Origin: an uncultured bacterium
GTDB lineage: Bacteria > Patescibacteriota > Minisyncoccia > Phycocordibacterales > UBA5272
Length of the DNA stretch: 64,000 nucleotides
Reading direction: 5' to 3'
Assembly (NCBI GenBank): GCA_903875555.1
Contig: CAIQWN010000045.1
Span: forward strand, 1,535-65,534
The position numbers and the translations under genes were made by a program. The notes under the pieces were generated by a model. That model worked only from the letters and a program-made list of their open reading frames with translations, had not been told where the DNA came from and searched no databases. Positions 47,495 through 55,782 of this stretch are shown one piece after another; position 1 is the stretch's first letter; every line of letters starts with the position of its first letter.

Positions 47495-48220
47495 ATGAGC
47501 ACAGAAATATTAAATAAAATAAAAGACTCATTTATAAAAGCTTCTCCGGAAATAAGGGGAGTAATTTTGAGTGATGATTTAAATAATGTTGCCAAAGAAC
47601 TTGGTGAAAAATATAAAATTGGAATAAATCTTTATGTTGATCTAAAAAATATCACCATACTTGCATTGCTTGGAGAAATAAAAATGGAGGATCTTGCAAA
47701 TGAAATTAAAACAAAAATTGAAGTTGATGATAAAACAGCCGATGAAATAATTAAATACTTAGATCAAACTATTTTTGAAAAAGCTCGTATCTCTGTTGGG
47801 ACAAGTGAAGCAAAGCCAGAAACAAAACCCGTTGTTATTAAAGAAATAAAAATTGTAAATGATCCAATAAAAGCAAAACTACGCGAGCAATTAATGAATC
47901 ATCCTTTACCAAAAAATGAAAACACTGGAAAGAAAACAACTGGGGACGGCAATAGAGAGCATTTACTAGAAAAATTAAAAACTCTTTCAGAAATACCAAG
48001 CGACGAAAACATTGCTTCTAGATTAGAAAAAATTAGAGAACAAATAAAAACAATAAATTCTGAAACAAAAAAAACTGACTCTCCAGAATTAAAAGAGGAA
48101 GCTGTTGTTATGTTAGAAAAAGAAAGTGGAAGTGCTGTTGAAAATAAAATAAAAACTGCTCCATATAGTAAGCCACCAATTTCTTACAATATAGACCCCT
48201 ATAGAGAAGTTACTGAATAA
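47495..48220 (+). CDS. hypothetical cytoplasmic protein (T4SS-like locus)
   Basis: 241 aa, hydrophilic, no motif; starts 10 nt after the VirB6-like stop. Confidence 0.35.
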   Translation: MSTEILNKIKDSFIKASPEIRGVILSDDLNNVAKELGEKYKIGINLYVDLKNITILALLGEIKMEDLANEIKTKIEVDDKTADEIIKYLDQTIFEKARISVGTSEAKPETKPVVIKEIKIVNDPIKAKLREQLMNHPLPKNENTGKKTTGDGNREHLLEKLKTLSEIPSDENIASRLEKIREQIKTINSETKKTDSPELKEEAVVMLEKESGSAVENKIKTAPYSKPPISYNIDPYREVTE

Positions 48221-48325
48221 TATTTGACATTTCTATAAAAAATAGTAGTATAACGATTGGGCTTTAAATTTTAAAGACTGCTTTTTCAAATAACCCAGAT
48301 GTAAAACCAAACCGAGGGGGGTGAC

Positions 48326-49066
48326 ATGCCGAAAGACAATGTTATACCTCTCTTTGGGAGAGGTAAACCACAAGTACGTTCGACAAACAATAGAGATGAA
48401 CAAATAACTACAGCGTTAAGCAATCAACGATCTTTTAATTCTCTTGACGCTGCGTTTAGAATAGTAACCTCGAGCTCGTCACGATTAGATCTGGACGAGA
48501 CTGGACTTGGTACTGTAAAAATACTAAGCGAATCCACACTCGGGAAAATTCTTGATTTTTCATCAGAAAGGAGTAGGTTTGCTATTTTATGCGAACTTTG
48601 GAGTTTAAAAGAGTTCTTTACGATAGACGAGTCCAACAAACTTCTTGACTGTTTAAAAAGCAATGTACAACCAGACGAGAAGTTGACCAAAAAGTTTTTC
48701 GATAGTGATGTTTTTGCACAACTCTTGTGGTTAATGAAAAAACCAGGGTCTCATTTTCCTGTGGAGCGTTGTATTTCTGCAAACGAGATGAGAATTGATG
48801 TTTGCGACAAATTTGAAATAGCTTGTTACCAAACAACTCTTTATTACGAAAGAATGAACGGAGGAGTTAAAAACCCTGAAGATTTGTTTGTTAGCTCCTT
48901 GCTAGACTGGAACATTAAAAAAAGAATTCTTGCTGGCTTGGAACACAGTAGCTCTCCATTCATAGACGAAAAAACGTACCCTTCAGTGCAGTCTCAACTA
49001 AAAAACAACAAGGATGTGGTGCTGTCAGTAAGAAGCAACTACTTTATTGTTACAAAGAAACCCTGA
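48326..49066 (+). CDS. hypothetical protein with atypical (higher GC) composition
   Basis: 246 aa; a visibly GC-richer codon set (ccg, cga, ctc, gag), a strong gagggggg SD and a GC-rich terminator (cgccacctg...caggtggcg) at 49066-49100. Confidence 0.4.
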   Translation: MPKDNVIPLFGRGKPQVRSTNNRDEQITTALSNQRSFNSLDAAFRIVTSSSSRLDLDETGLGTVKILSESTLGKILDFSSERSRFAILCELWSLKEFFTIDESNKLLDCLKSNVQPDEKLTKKFFDSDVFAQLLWLMKKPGSHFPVERCISANEMRIDVCDKFEIACYQTTLYYERMNGGVKNPEDLFVSSLLDWNIKKRILAGLEHSSSPFIDEKTYPSVQSQLKNNKDVVLSVRSNYFIVTKKP

Positions 49067-49149
49067 CCGCCACCTGAATACCACAGGTGGCGATATTTTT
49101 ATGTGAACTCTCCACTTTCTAAGACTCTCTTTCTTGTTATACTATAATA

Positions 49150-49587
49150 ATGCAATTTAGGGTTCCACAATTCATTGATGTTGAAGATAAAATAATCGGC
49201 CCACTTACATTAAAACAGTTTGCTTATATTTTAGGTGCTGGTGGTTTTGCTTTTATTATTTGGACTTTTATAAGCATAAAAATTCTAGCGGTTATACTTA
49301 TAATTCCTCTTTCTGGATTATTTTTGTCGTTTGCTTTTCTAAAAGTAAACGGTAGGCCATCTATAGATGTTTTGGAACATGCTTTTAAATATTTTACTAA
49401 TGCTAAAATTTATACATGGAAACAACCAATACCAGAAACAAGAATAAAACAACCTGTTTCTCATTCAGAAAAAGCTGTTGCTGATATATCAAGAGAACTA
49501 TTAACAAAAAAAGTTGATTCTAACAAACTACACGATATATCATTTGGTCTTGATGTGTTAGACCGTAACCCACAAGAAAAAGAATAG
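49150..49587 (+). CDS. PrgI/TcpE (VirB3-like) family small membrane protein
   Basis: VPQFIDVEDKIIGPLTLKQFAYILGAGG followed by two TM helices matches the PrgI family N-terminal pattern. Confidence 0.45.
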   Translation: MQFRVPQFIDVEDKIIGPLTLKQFAYILGAGGFAFIIWTFISIKILAVILIIPLSGLFLSFAFLKVNGRPSIDVLEHAFKYFTNAKIYTWKQPIPETRIKQPVSHSEKAVADISRELLTKKVDSNKLHDISFGLDVLDRNPQEKE

Positions 49588-49600
49588 ACCGACTCCCTCT

Positions 49601-49662
49601 GTCATCCCTGCGAAGGCCGTCCACAGGTATCGACTCCTAATCAGTCGATCAGGGATCTGGTG
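49601..49662. repeat. palindromic dispersed repeat, copy 5 (long variant with internal 30-bp insert that is itself palindromic)
   Basis: gtcatccctgcgaagg...atcgactcctaatcagtcgat...cagggatctggtg. Confidence 0.65.
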
Positions 49663-49672
49663 TATTTTTGAA

Positions 49673-49957
49673 CTATAAATCAAAATATAAATCTCTCCAT
49701 TGTAAATTTGTCTTTTCAATTAATTTTACTTTCCATTCTCTTTTCCATGCTTTAAGTTGTTTTTCTTTTTTAATAGCACTTTCAATATTTTCTGTTTGTT
49801 CATACCAAACTAAATTAGTTATGTTGTATTCTTTTGTAAAACCTTCAACTACTTTTTCTTTGTGTTCATAAACCCTTCTTTTTAAATCATTGGTAACACC
49901 CACATATAAAGTTCCGTATCTTTTACTAGCTAAAATATATACACAGCATTGTTTCAT
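49673..49957 (-). CDS. small GIY-YIG nuclease family protein
   Basis: Starts at MKQCCVYILASKRYGTLYVGVTNDLKRRVYEHK...GFT (GIY-YIG core). The ORF-track N-terminal extension to 50068 runs through repeat copy 4. Confidence 0.7.
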   Translation of the reverse strand: MKQCCVYILASKRYGTLYVGVTNDLKRRVYEHKEKVVEGFTKEYNITNLVWYEQTENIESAIKKEKQLKAWKREWKVKLIEKTNLQWRDLYFDL

Positions 49958-49983
49958 TTTTATATTGTAACAAAATAATAAAC

Positions 49984-50012
49984 ACTGGATCCCTGCCTTC
50001 GCAGGAATGACA
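49984..50012. repeat. palindromic dispersed repeat, copy 4 (reverse orientation)
   Basis: cactggatccctgccttcgcaggaatgac. Confidence 0.8.
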
Positions 50013-50126
50013 AAAAGAAAAGCAGGGATAACACCCAGAGATTCCAGTAAAACACTTACGACATTCAATTCACAAGAAAAAGAATAAATGAAAAGTTTTT
50101 AAAATTAAATAGGATATAATAAAGGT

Positions 50127-50768
50127 ATGAATCCTTCATCAGCAACACAACAATTTGTTCCAATAGAAAAAATTCGTGACGGTATAATTACTTTAAAAAA
50201 TGGAGAGTTGCGTGCTATCCTTATGACCAATTCACTTAACCTGTCTTTAAAAGGTCAAGACGAGCAACTGGCGATACTTTCTCAATTTCAAAATTTCTTT
50301 AACTCACTAGAGTTTCCTGTTCAATTATTTATTCAATCAAGAAGATTAAATATTAAACCTTATATAACATTACTTGAAGAAAGAGAAAAAGAGGTTCGTG
50401 AAGATTTAATTAAATTACAAATCAGAGAGTATAATAAATTTATAAAATCATTCACGGACAACGCAAATATTATGACAAAACATTTTTTTGTTACTGTTCC
50501 ATATTTAGCACCAACAACTAGTGGCGGGGGAATGTTTCCTTTTGGAGATAAAAAAGATGTTATGTCTGAAGAAAACAGAAACTTTGAAACAGCTAGAATG
50601 CAACTAGAACAAAGACTTTCTGTTGTATCACAAGGTCTTTCACGTTTTGGTGTTCGTTCACAAAAATTAAACACTGAAGAGGTGGTAGAATTATTTTATA
50701 AAATATTTAATCCAAGCGAACAAGATCACTCGGCTCCTAAATTAACTAAGGAAATGATGGAAAAATAA
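50127..50768 (+). CDS. VirB4/TraE-family N-terminal domain, encoded as a separate ORF
   Basis: ITLKNGELRAILMTNSLNLSLKGQDEQLAILSQFQNFFNSLEFPVQLFI resembles the N-terminal domain of Gram-positive VirB4 (TraE/PrgJ). It ends at TAA 4 nt before the ATPase ORF, which is in the +1 frame. Confidence 0.5.
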   Translation: MNPSSATQQFVPIEKIRDGIITLKNGELRAILMTNSLNLSLKGQDEQLAILSQFQNFFNSLEFPVQLFIQSRRLNIKPYITLLEEREKEVREDLIKLQIREYNKFIKSFTDNANIMTKHFFVTVPYLAPTTSGGGMFPFGDKKDVMSEENRNFETARMQLEQRLSVVSQGLSRFGVRSQKLNTEEVVELFYKIFNPSEQDHSAPKLTKEMMEK

Positions 50769-50772
50769 ACAT

Positions 50773-52593
50773 ATGGGATTATTAGATTTTTTAAATACAA
50801 CAAAAAAAGAAAGTAGTATCAGGCCAATTCTTCCAGAACAGGTTTATCAAATGGCGGAAATGCAACTGAAAGACATAATCGCCCCTTCAGCTCTTGGTGT
50901 TACCCCAAAGTTACTCAACCTAGGAACAACAGTGGTTCGTAATTATTTTGTTATTTCTTATCCTCATTATTTAACAGATAACTGGTTAAGCCCAATCATT
51001 AACCTCGATAAAGTTTTTGATATTGCTATACATGTTATACCTCTCGACACAGGTAAGGTTATGCGTGAATTCCAAAGAAAAGTTGCTGAGGTGGAAAGTC
51101 AAATAATGCAAAGAGAAGAAAAAGGACTTGTTCGTGATCCACAACTTGATATTGCTTATAAAGACCTCGAAGATTTACGTGATGGACTTACTCAAGCTCA
51201 GGAAAAAATGTTTGATGTGTCTCTTTATATTTCTATTTATGGAGCAGATGAAAATGAAGTAGAAAAAGTAGAAAACGAAATAAAAACAATACTAGAAAGT
51301 GGTATGGTTTATGTAAAACCTGCACTCTTCCAACAAGAAGCTGGTTTCCTTAGTACTATCCCTCTAGGAAATGATATCTTGCAAATAAAAAATAAAATAA
51401 ACACGTCTCCTCTTTCTTCTTTCTTTCCTTTCGTTTCTTTCGATCTCTCTTCCGATAGTGGAATTCTCTATGGTATAAATCGTCACAACGGATCGCTTGT
51501 TTTATTTGATAGATTTTCACTAGAAAACTACAATTCTATTATTTTTGCTAAATCAGGTTCTGGTAAAAGTTATTCTACTAAACTCGAAATACTAAGAACT
51601 TTAATGTTCGACACCGAAGTAATTATTATAGACCCAGAAAAAGAATATGAGTATCTAGCGGAATCAGTAGGGGGAAGATATTTTAATATTTCGTTGACGT
51701 CGGATCACCACATCAATCCATTTGATCTACCTGCACCAAATGAGGATGAGTCTCATTCTGAAGTATTACGATCAAACATCATCGGTCTCGTTGGTTTGTT
51801 TCGTGTGATGCTTGGAGGATTAACACCGGAAGAAGACGCAATCATTGATCAAGCTTTAACTGAAACCTATGCTCTAAAAGACATCACAGGAGACACTGAC
51901 TTTACAAAACTCGACCCACCACTACTTTCGGATTTCGAAATGGTTTTGGGTGGAATAGATGGATCAGAAAACATTCTTTCTCGTCTTGCAAAATACACAA
52001 AAGGAACGTGGTCTGGTTTCATTAATCAAGCATCTAATGTTGATATAAACAAAAAATTAGTTTGTTTTTCTATTCGTGACATGGAAGACGAACTTAAGCC
52101 TGTGGCGATGTATTTAATTACACATTATATTTGGAACGCTGTTAGAAAAAACATTAAAAAGAGATTACTCGTGGTGGATGAAGCTTGGATTATGATGAAA
52201 AATGAAGACACTGCTTCTTTCCTATTCGGACTTGCTAAGCGTGGAAGAAAATATTTCTTAGGGCTTGCCACAATTACTCAAGACGTTGGCGACTTCCTTC
52301 GTTCTCCATATGGTTTACCAATTATCACCAACTCTTCTATACAAATCTTATTAAAACAATCTCCTTCTTCTATCGACGTGGTTCAAAAAACTTTCGGACT
52401 AACAGACGAAGAAAAATATTTACTTCTAGAGTCGAACGTCGGGGAGGGAATATTCTTTGCTGGACTTAAACACGTTGCTATAAAAATTATTGCCTCTTAC
52501 ACAGAAGATCAAATTATCACTTCTGACCCTTCACAATTACTCAAAATTAAAAAAGAAAAAGATGAACTTAGTAATATAGAAACAACAAAATGA
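50773..52593 (+). CDS. VirB4/TraE/CagE family type IV secretion ATPase (C-terminal ~600 aa)
   Basis: Walker A FAKSGSGKSYST, Walker B LLVVDEAW, TITQDV motif. Confidence 0.8.
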   Translation: MGLLDFLNTTKKESSIRPILPEQVYQMAEMQLKDIIAPSALGVTPKLLNLGTTVVRNYFVISYPHYLTDNWLSPIINLDKVFDIAIHVIPLDTGKVMREFQRKVAEVESQIMQREEKGLVRDPQLDIAYKDLEDLRDGLTQAQEKMFDVSLYISIYGADENEVEKVENEIKTILESGMVYVKPALFQQEAGFLSTIPLGNDILQIKNKINTSPLSSFFPFVSFDLSSDSGILYGINRHNGSLVLFDRFSLENYNSIIFAKSGSGKSYSTKLEILRTLMFDTEVIIIDPEKEYEYLAESVGGRYFNISLTSDHHINPFDLPAPNEDESHSEVLRSNIIGLVGLFRVMLGGLTPEEDAIIDQALTETYALKDITGDTDFTKLDPPLLSDFEMVLGGIDGSENILSRLAKYTKGTWSGFINQASNVDINKKLVCFSIRDMEDELKPVAMYLITHYIWNAVRKNIKKRLLVVDEAWIMMKNEDTASFLFGLAKRGRKYFLGLATITQDVGDFLRSPYGLPIITNSSIQILLKQSPSSIDVVQKTFGLTDEEKYLLLESNVGEGIFFAGLKHVAIKIIASYTEDQIITSDPSQLLKIKKEKDELSNIETTK

Positions 52594-53570
52594 TTAAACC
52601 AACTGGTAAAAAAATAATATTCTCACTTTTTATTTTTATATTTTTAAATAGTTTCTCTTTTGCTCAGTTAACTGACACAATTGAAGTGTCTCCAGAAAAC
52701 CCCGGAGCTTTTCAAGATGTTACTCTCACTATTAGATCTTATGCTTTTGATGTTGATACTGTCTCTATAACTTGGGACATTAATAATAAAGTTGTTTTAA
52801 GTGGTGTTGGTGAAAAAAAATTATTAACAAAAACTGGTGGTGTTGGATTACAAAAAATAGTCCATGTTATAGCAATGAAGGGCAGTCAAAAAGTTTTTGA
52901 TCAAGTAATTTCACTAAACCCTCAATCTGTCGATTTAATCTGGGAATCAAAAGAAAGTTATGTTCCTCCTTTTTATGAGGGTAAGGCTCTGCCAGGGGAA
53001 AGCTCTCTCGTTTCTGTTGTGGCACTACCAAACTTTATTTATAATGGAAAAACAGTAGATCCAAAAACTATTTCTTATGCTTGGTATTTAAACGATGAAA
53101 TAATAAAAGACGCTAGTGGTTTTAATAAGCAGAATTTAATAATGAATCTTGATTATCTTTCAGAAAAAAATATAATCAGGGTTGCGGCACGTGACCAAAA
53201 CGGAAACATTGCTGAAAAAGAAATTGTTATTGCCCCAGAACAAATAGACCCTGTTTTTTATTTAAACGATCCACTTTTTGGAATAGATTTAAATAGGGCA
53301 ATACAAGACAGATTTGAAACAAATAAAGAATTTACTTTAAACTTTGTACCATATTATTTATCAACAAAAAATATTCCTGATGACCAAATAAAATCTTCTT
53401 GGTCTCTAGACGGGCTTCCTTTAACAAACATAAAAAATAATTCTATTTCTTTAAAACCATTAGCCGACAGTTACGGTTCAAAAGTTTTAAGAATAAACAT
53501 AGAAAACACAAGTAGAATATTGCAAGAAATAAAAACTAGTTTGGAAATAATTTTTGACACAAGAAAATAA
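52590..53570 (+). CDS. secreted protein (T4SS-like locus)
   Basis: Signal peptide MIKPTGKKIIFSLFIFIFLNSFSFAQ; its ATG overlaps the VirB4 stop (ATGA). Confidence 0.45.
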   Translation: MIKPTGKKIIFSLFIFIFLNSFSFAQLTDTIEVSPENPGAFQDVTLTIRSYAFDVDTVSITWDINNKVVLSGVGEKKLLTKTGGVGLQKIVHVIAMKGSQKVFDQVISLNPQSVDLIWESKESYVPPFYEGKALPGESSLVSVVALPNFIYNGKTVDPKTISYAWYLNDEIIKDASGFNKQNLIMNLDYLSEKNIIRVAARDQNGNIAEKEIVIAPEQIDPVFYLNDPLFGIDLNRAIQDRFETNKEFTLNFVPYYLSTKNIPDDQIKSSWSLDGLPLTNIKNNSISLKPLADSYGSKVLRINIENTSRILQEIKTSLEIIFDTRK

Positions 53571-53571
53571 C

Positions 53572-54438
53572 ATGAACACAACAGGATCAAAAGAAAAATA
53601 CACATTAATGGTGCCTGAGCTAAATCAGTTTCTTGGGACAGAAACAAATAAAACACCCCTTGGTTTCAACACCACCGACCTAAGCAATACCGGTTGGATG
53701 AATTTTTTAATTTGGATGCTTTATATATCTATTTTTATATTTGCAGCATACAGATCTGTTGTTGTCGCCGGACTATTTGTAACAGGTATCCCAGAGAAAA
53801 GAAAAGAGGGTAAAGAGGCCTTAAAAAAAGTTGTTCTCGGTGTTATCTTTGTGCTAGCTATGTCACCACTTCTTAATTGGTTAAGACCGTCAATGCAATT
53901 AAATACCTTAGTTTTTCCTGGAACAAAAATATTTTCTCCGCAAATATCTACGCAAACAAACCAAGACCAAACAATAATCACTGACCCTGGGACATCACCA
54001 ACAGTAGTTATTGGTGATACAACAAACAGACAAACACTCAAAAACGCCGGAATAAACATCAAAAAAGACAACTGTACTTTTGCTCAGTGGCAAGAACTAA
54101 AACCTTCCTGTACGAGCTTAGAGGAACTTCCACAAGAAACTGTGAACATGCTTATTGATTTAAAAAATAAATGTAAATGTAGCATACAAATAACAGGAGG
54201 AACAGAGCCAGGCCACTCAACACACGGAAGAAGCAGATACCCTGTTGATTTACACTACGACACAAATTCTGATTTAAATAAATATCTTACTGGGCCAGAC
54301 CTAAACAAAAACCCTTATTTAAGTTTTTGTTATAACACTTATGGTTCAGTCGACGGCTATGTTTTTTGTGATGAAAAATCAACAGACAGACACTGGCATG
54401 TTTGTAACTGGAATAAAAACAGCTGCACAAACGGTTAA
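53572..54438 (+). CDS. membrane protein with pilin-like TM hairpin and Cys/His-rich C-terminal domain (possible cell-wall hydrolase in the PrgK/TcpG position)
   Basis: Two TM segments separated by PEKRKEGKEALKK, then a domain with 10 Cys and the motifs GHSTHGRSRYPVDLH and RHWHVC. The first ATG is at 53572; the ORF-track start at 53554 is a TTG. Confidence 0.4.
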   Translation: MNTTGSKEKYTLMVPELNQFLGTETNKTPLGFNTTDLSNTGWMNFLIWMLYISIFIFAAYRSVVVAGLFVTGIPEKRKEGKEALKKVVLGVIFVLAMSPLLNWLRPSMQLNTLVFPGTKIFSPQISTQTNQDQTIITDPGTSPTVVIGDTTNRQTLKNAGINIKKDNCTFAQWQELKPSCTSLEELPQETVNMLIDLKNKCKCSIQITGGTEPGHSTHGRSRYPVDLHYDTNSDLNKYLTGPDLNKNPYLSFCYNTYGSVDGYVFCDEKSTDRHWHVCNWNKNSCTNG

Positions 54439-54459
54439 TCTCTCTGTTATACTTAATCT

Positions 54460-55779
54460 ATGGATGAAAACTTTCGTAAAAAAATAATTATCTTTTTTAT
54501 AGTAGCGGTAATTTTTGCTGTTTCTGTTTTAATTTATTTTTTCTTTATAAAAAAACCTACGGGTGTCCCTGTGTATACAGATAAAACAAAAACTGTTTTA
54601 AACAATGAAGGAAAAACCTATAAGAAACCACAGCAGGGAAACAACCAAGACGGGAACCAAAATAATTATACAGAAATACAGCAACCTGAGGAGAAAAAAC
54701 TTTCTAAAATCTGGGACAAACCAACGGCTGGTTTTTCTTTTGTTGATCAAACAATAATTACAACAGCAACGACCAGTAAAATAATTAAAGGAACTTCGAC
54801 TGTTGTTATTGTTCAAAATAAATCAACCTCTACAAAAATTTACTTTGTAGACAGCATGACTGGTTTTATTTACTCTTATGACCTTAAAAAGAAAAACATC
54901 TATCAGATAACAAACACAACCATTCCGTCTGTTCATGATGCTTATATTTTTAATAATGGTGGAGAGGTTTTAATGAGATATGCAGATGGGGATGTAATTA
55001 AATCATTAACTGCACAAATACCAACCGTTAGTGAAGGAAATTCACCTTTGTCTTTGGTTGATATTTCTTATTTACCAAACGATGTTTCTTCTGTTTCTAC
55101 AAATTTGTTTGATAAAAATCTAAGCTATGTTTTAACAAATAAAAACGGGAGTACTATCAAAACCATTTCAAACAAAACAACAAACGGTCTCTACTCTTCT
55201 TTGTTTTCTGGTTGGAATATTTCCTACGGGGGGAACACTGTTCATTTAACAACCAAACCCTCATCTTACATATCTGGAACAAGCTTAAACTTAAATTCAG
55301 GTGAAATTCTTCTAAGAGATAAAACTGGGCTAAACATTCTTCCTTCAAAAACAGATGAAAATATTTTTGGAAGCTTCTTTTCTAGTTTGGGTATAAAAGA
55401 TTTTATAATGTCTACAAAAACTGGTGATGTTTCATACCTGACTTTTCAAACGCTGTCAGAAAAATGTGAGTGGGGGATGAAGGATAGATTTATTTTGTGT
55501 GGTGTTCCACAACTAATAGAAAACAATAACGACGGCTTACCTGACGCGTGGTACAAAGGAAAAATGACTTTTAACGATAATCTTTATATTAAGAATCTTA
55601 AAGATTCAAAAGAAAGTGTGTTTTTTAGATTTGAATACGAGACCGATGAAAAAATAGATATGATTAAACTAAAACTAAACCAAACAGAAAATTATTTAGG
55701 TTTTATAAACAAAAAAGATAAAAACTTTTGGTTAATGAAAACAGACTATTTAACAACAGTTGACAGTGTTGTTGATTAA
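54460..55779 (+). CDS. membrane-anchored extracytoplasmic protein (T4SS-like locus)
   Basis: Signal anchor IIIFFIVAVIFAVSVLIYFFFI; 439 aa, Thr/Asn-rich. Confidence 0.4.
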   Translation: MDENFRKKIIIFFIVAVIFAVSVLIYFFFIKKPTGVPVYTDKTKTVLNNEGKTYKKPQQGNNQDGNQNNYTEIQQPEEKKLSKIWDKPTAGFSFVDQTIITTATTSKIIKGTSTVVIVQNKSTSTKIYFVDSMTGFIYSYDLKKKNIYQITNTTIPSVHDAYIFNNGGEVLMRYADGDVIKSLTAQIPTVSEGNSPLSLVDISYLPNDVSSVSTNLFDKNLSYVLTNKNGSTIKTISNKTTNGLYSSLFSGWNISYGGNTVHLTTKPSSYISGTSLNLNSGEILLRDKTGLNILPSKTDENIFGSFFSSLGIKDFIMSTKTGDVSYLTFQTLSEKCEWGMKDRFILCGVPQLIENNNDGLPDAWYKGKMTFNDNLYIKNLKDSKESVFFRFEYETDEKIDMIKLKLNQTENYLGFINKKDKNFWLMKTDYLTTVDSVVD

Positions 55780-55782
55780 GAT

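Noticed and set aside
3034-50012. CRISPR array
   Set aside because: The palindromic repeats are tens of kilobases apart, irregularly spaced and not separated by uniform spacers. No cas genes are present.
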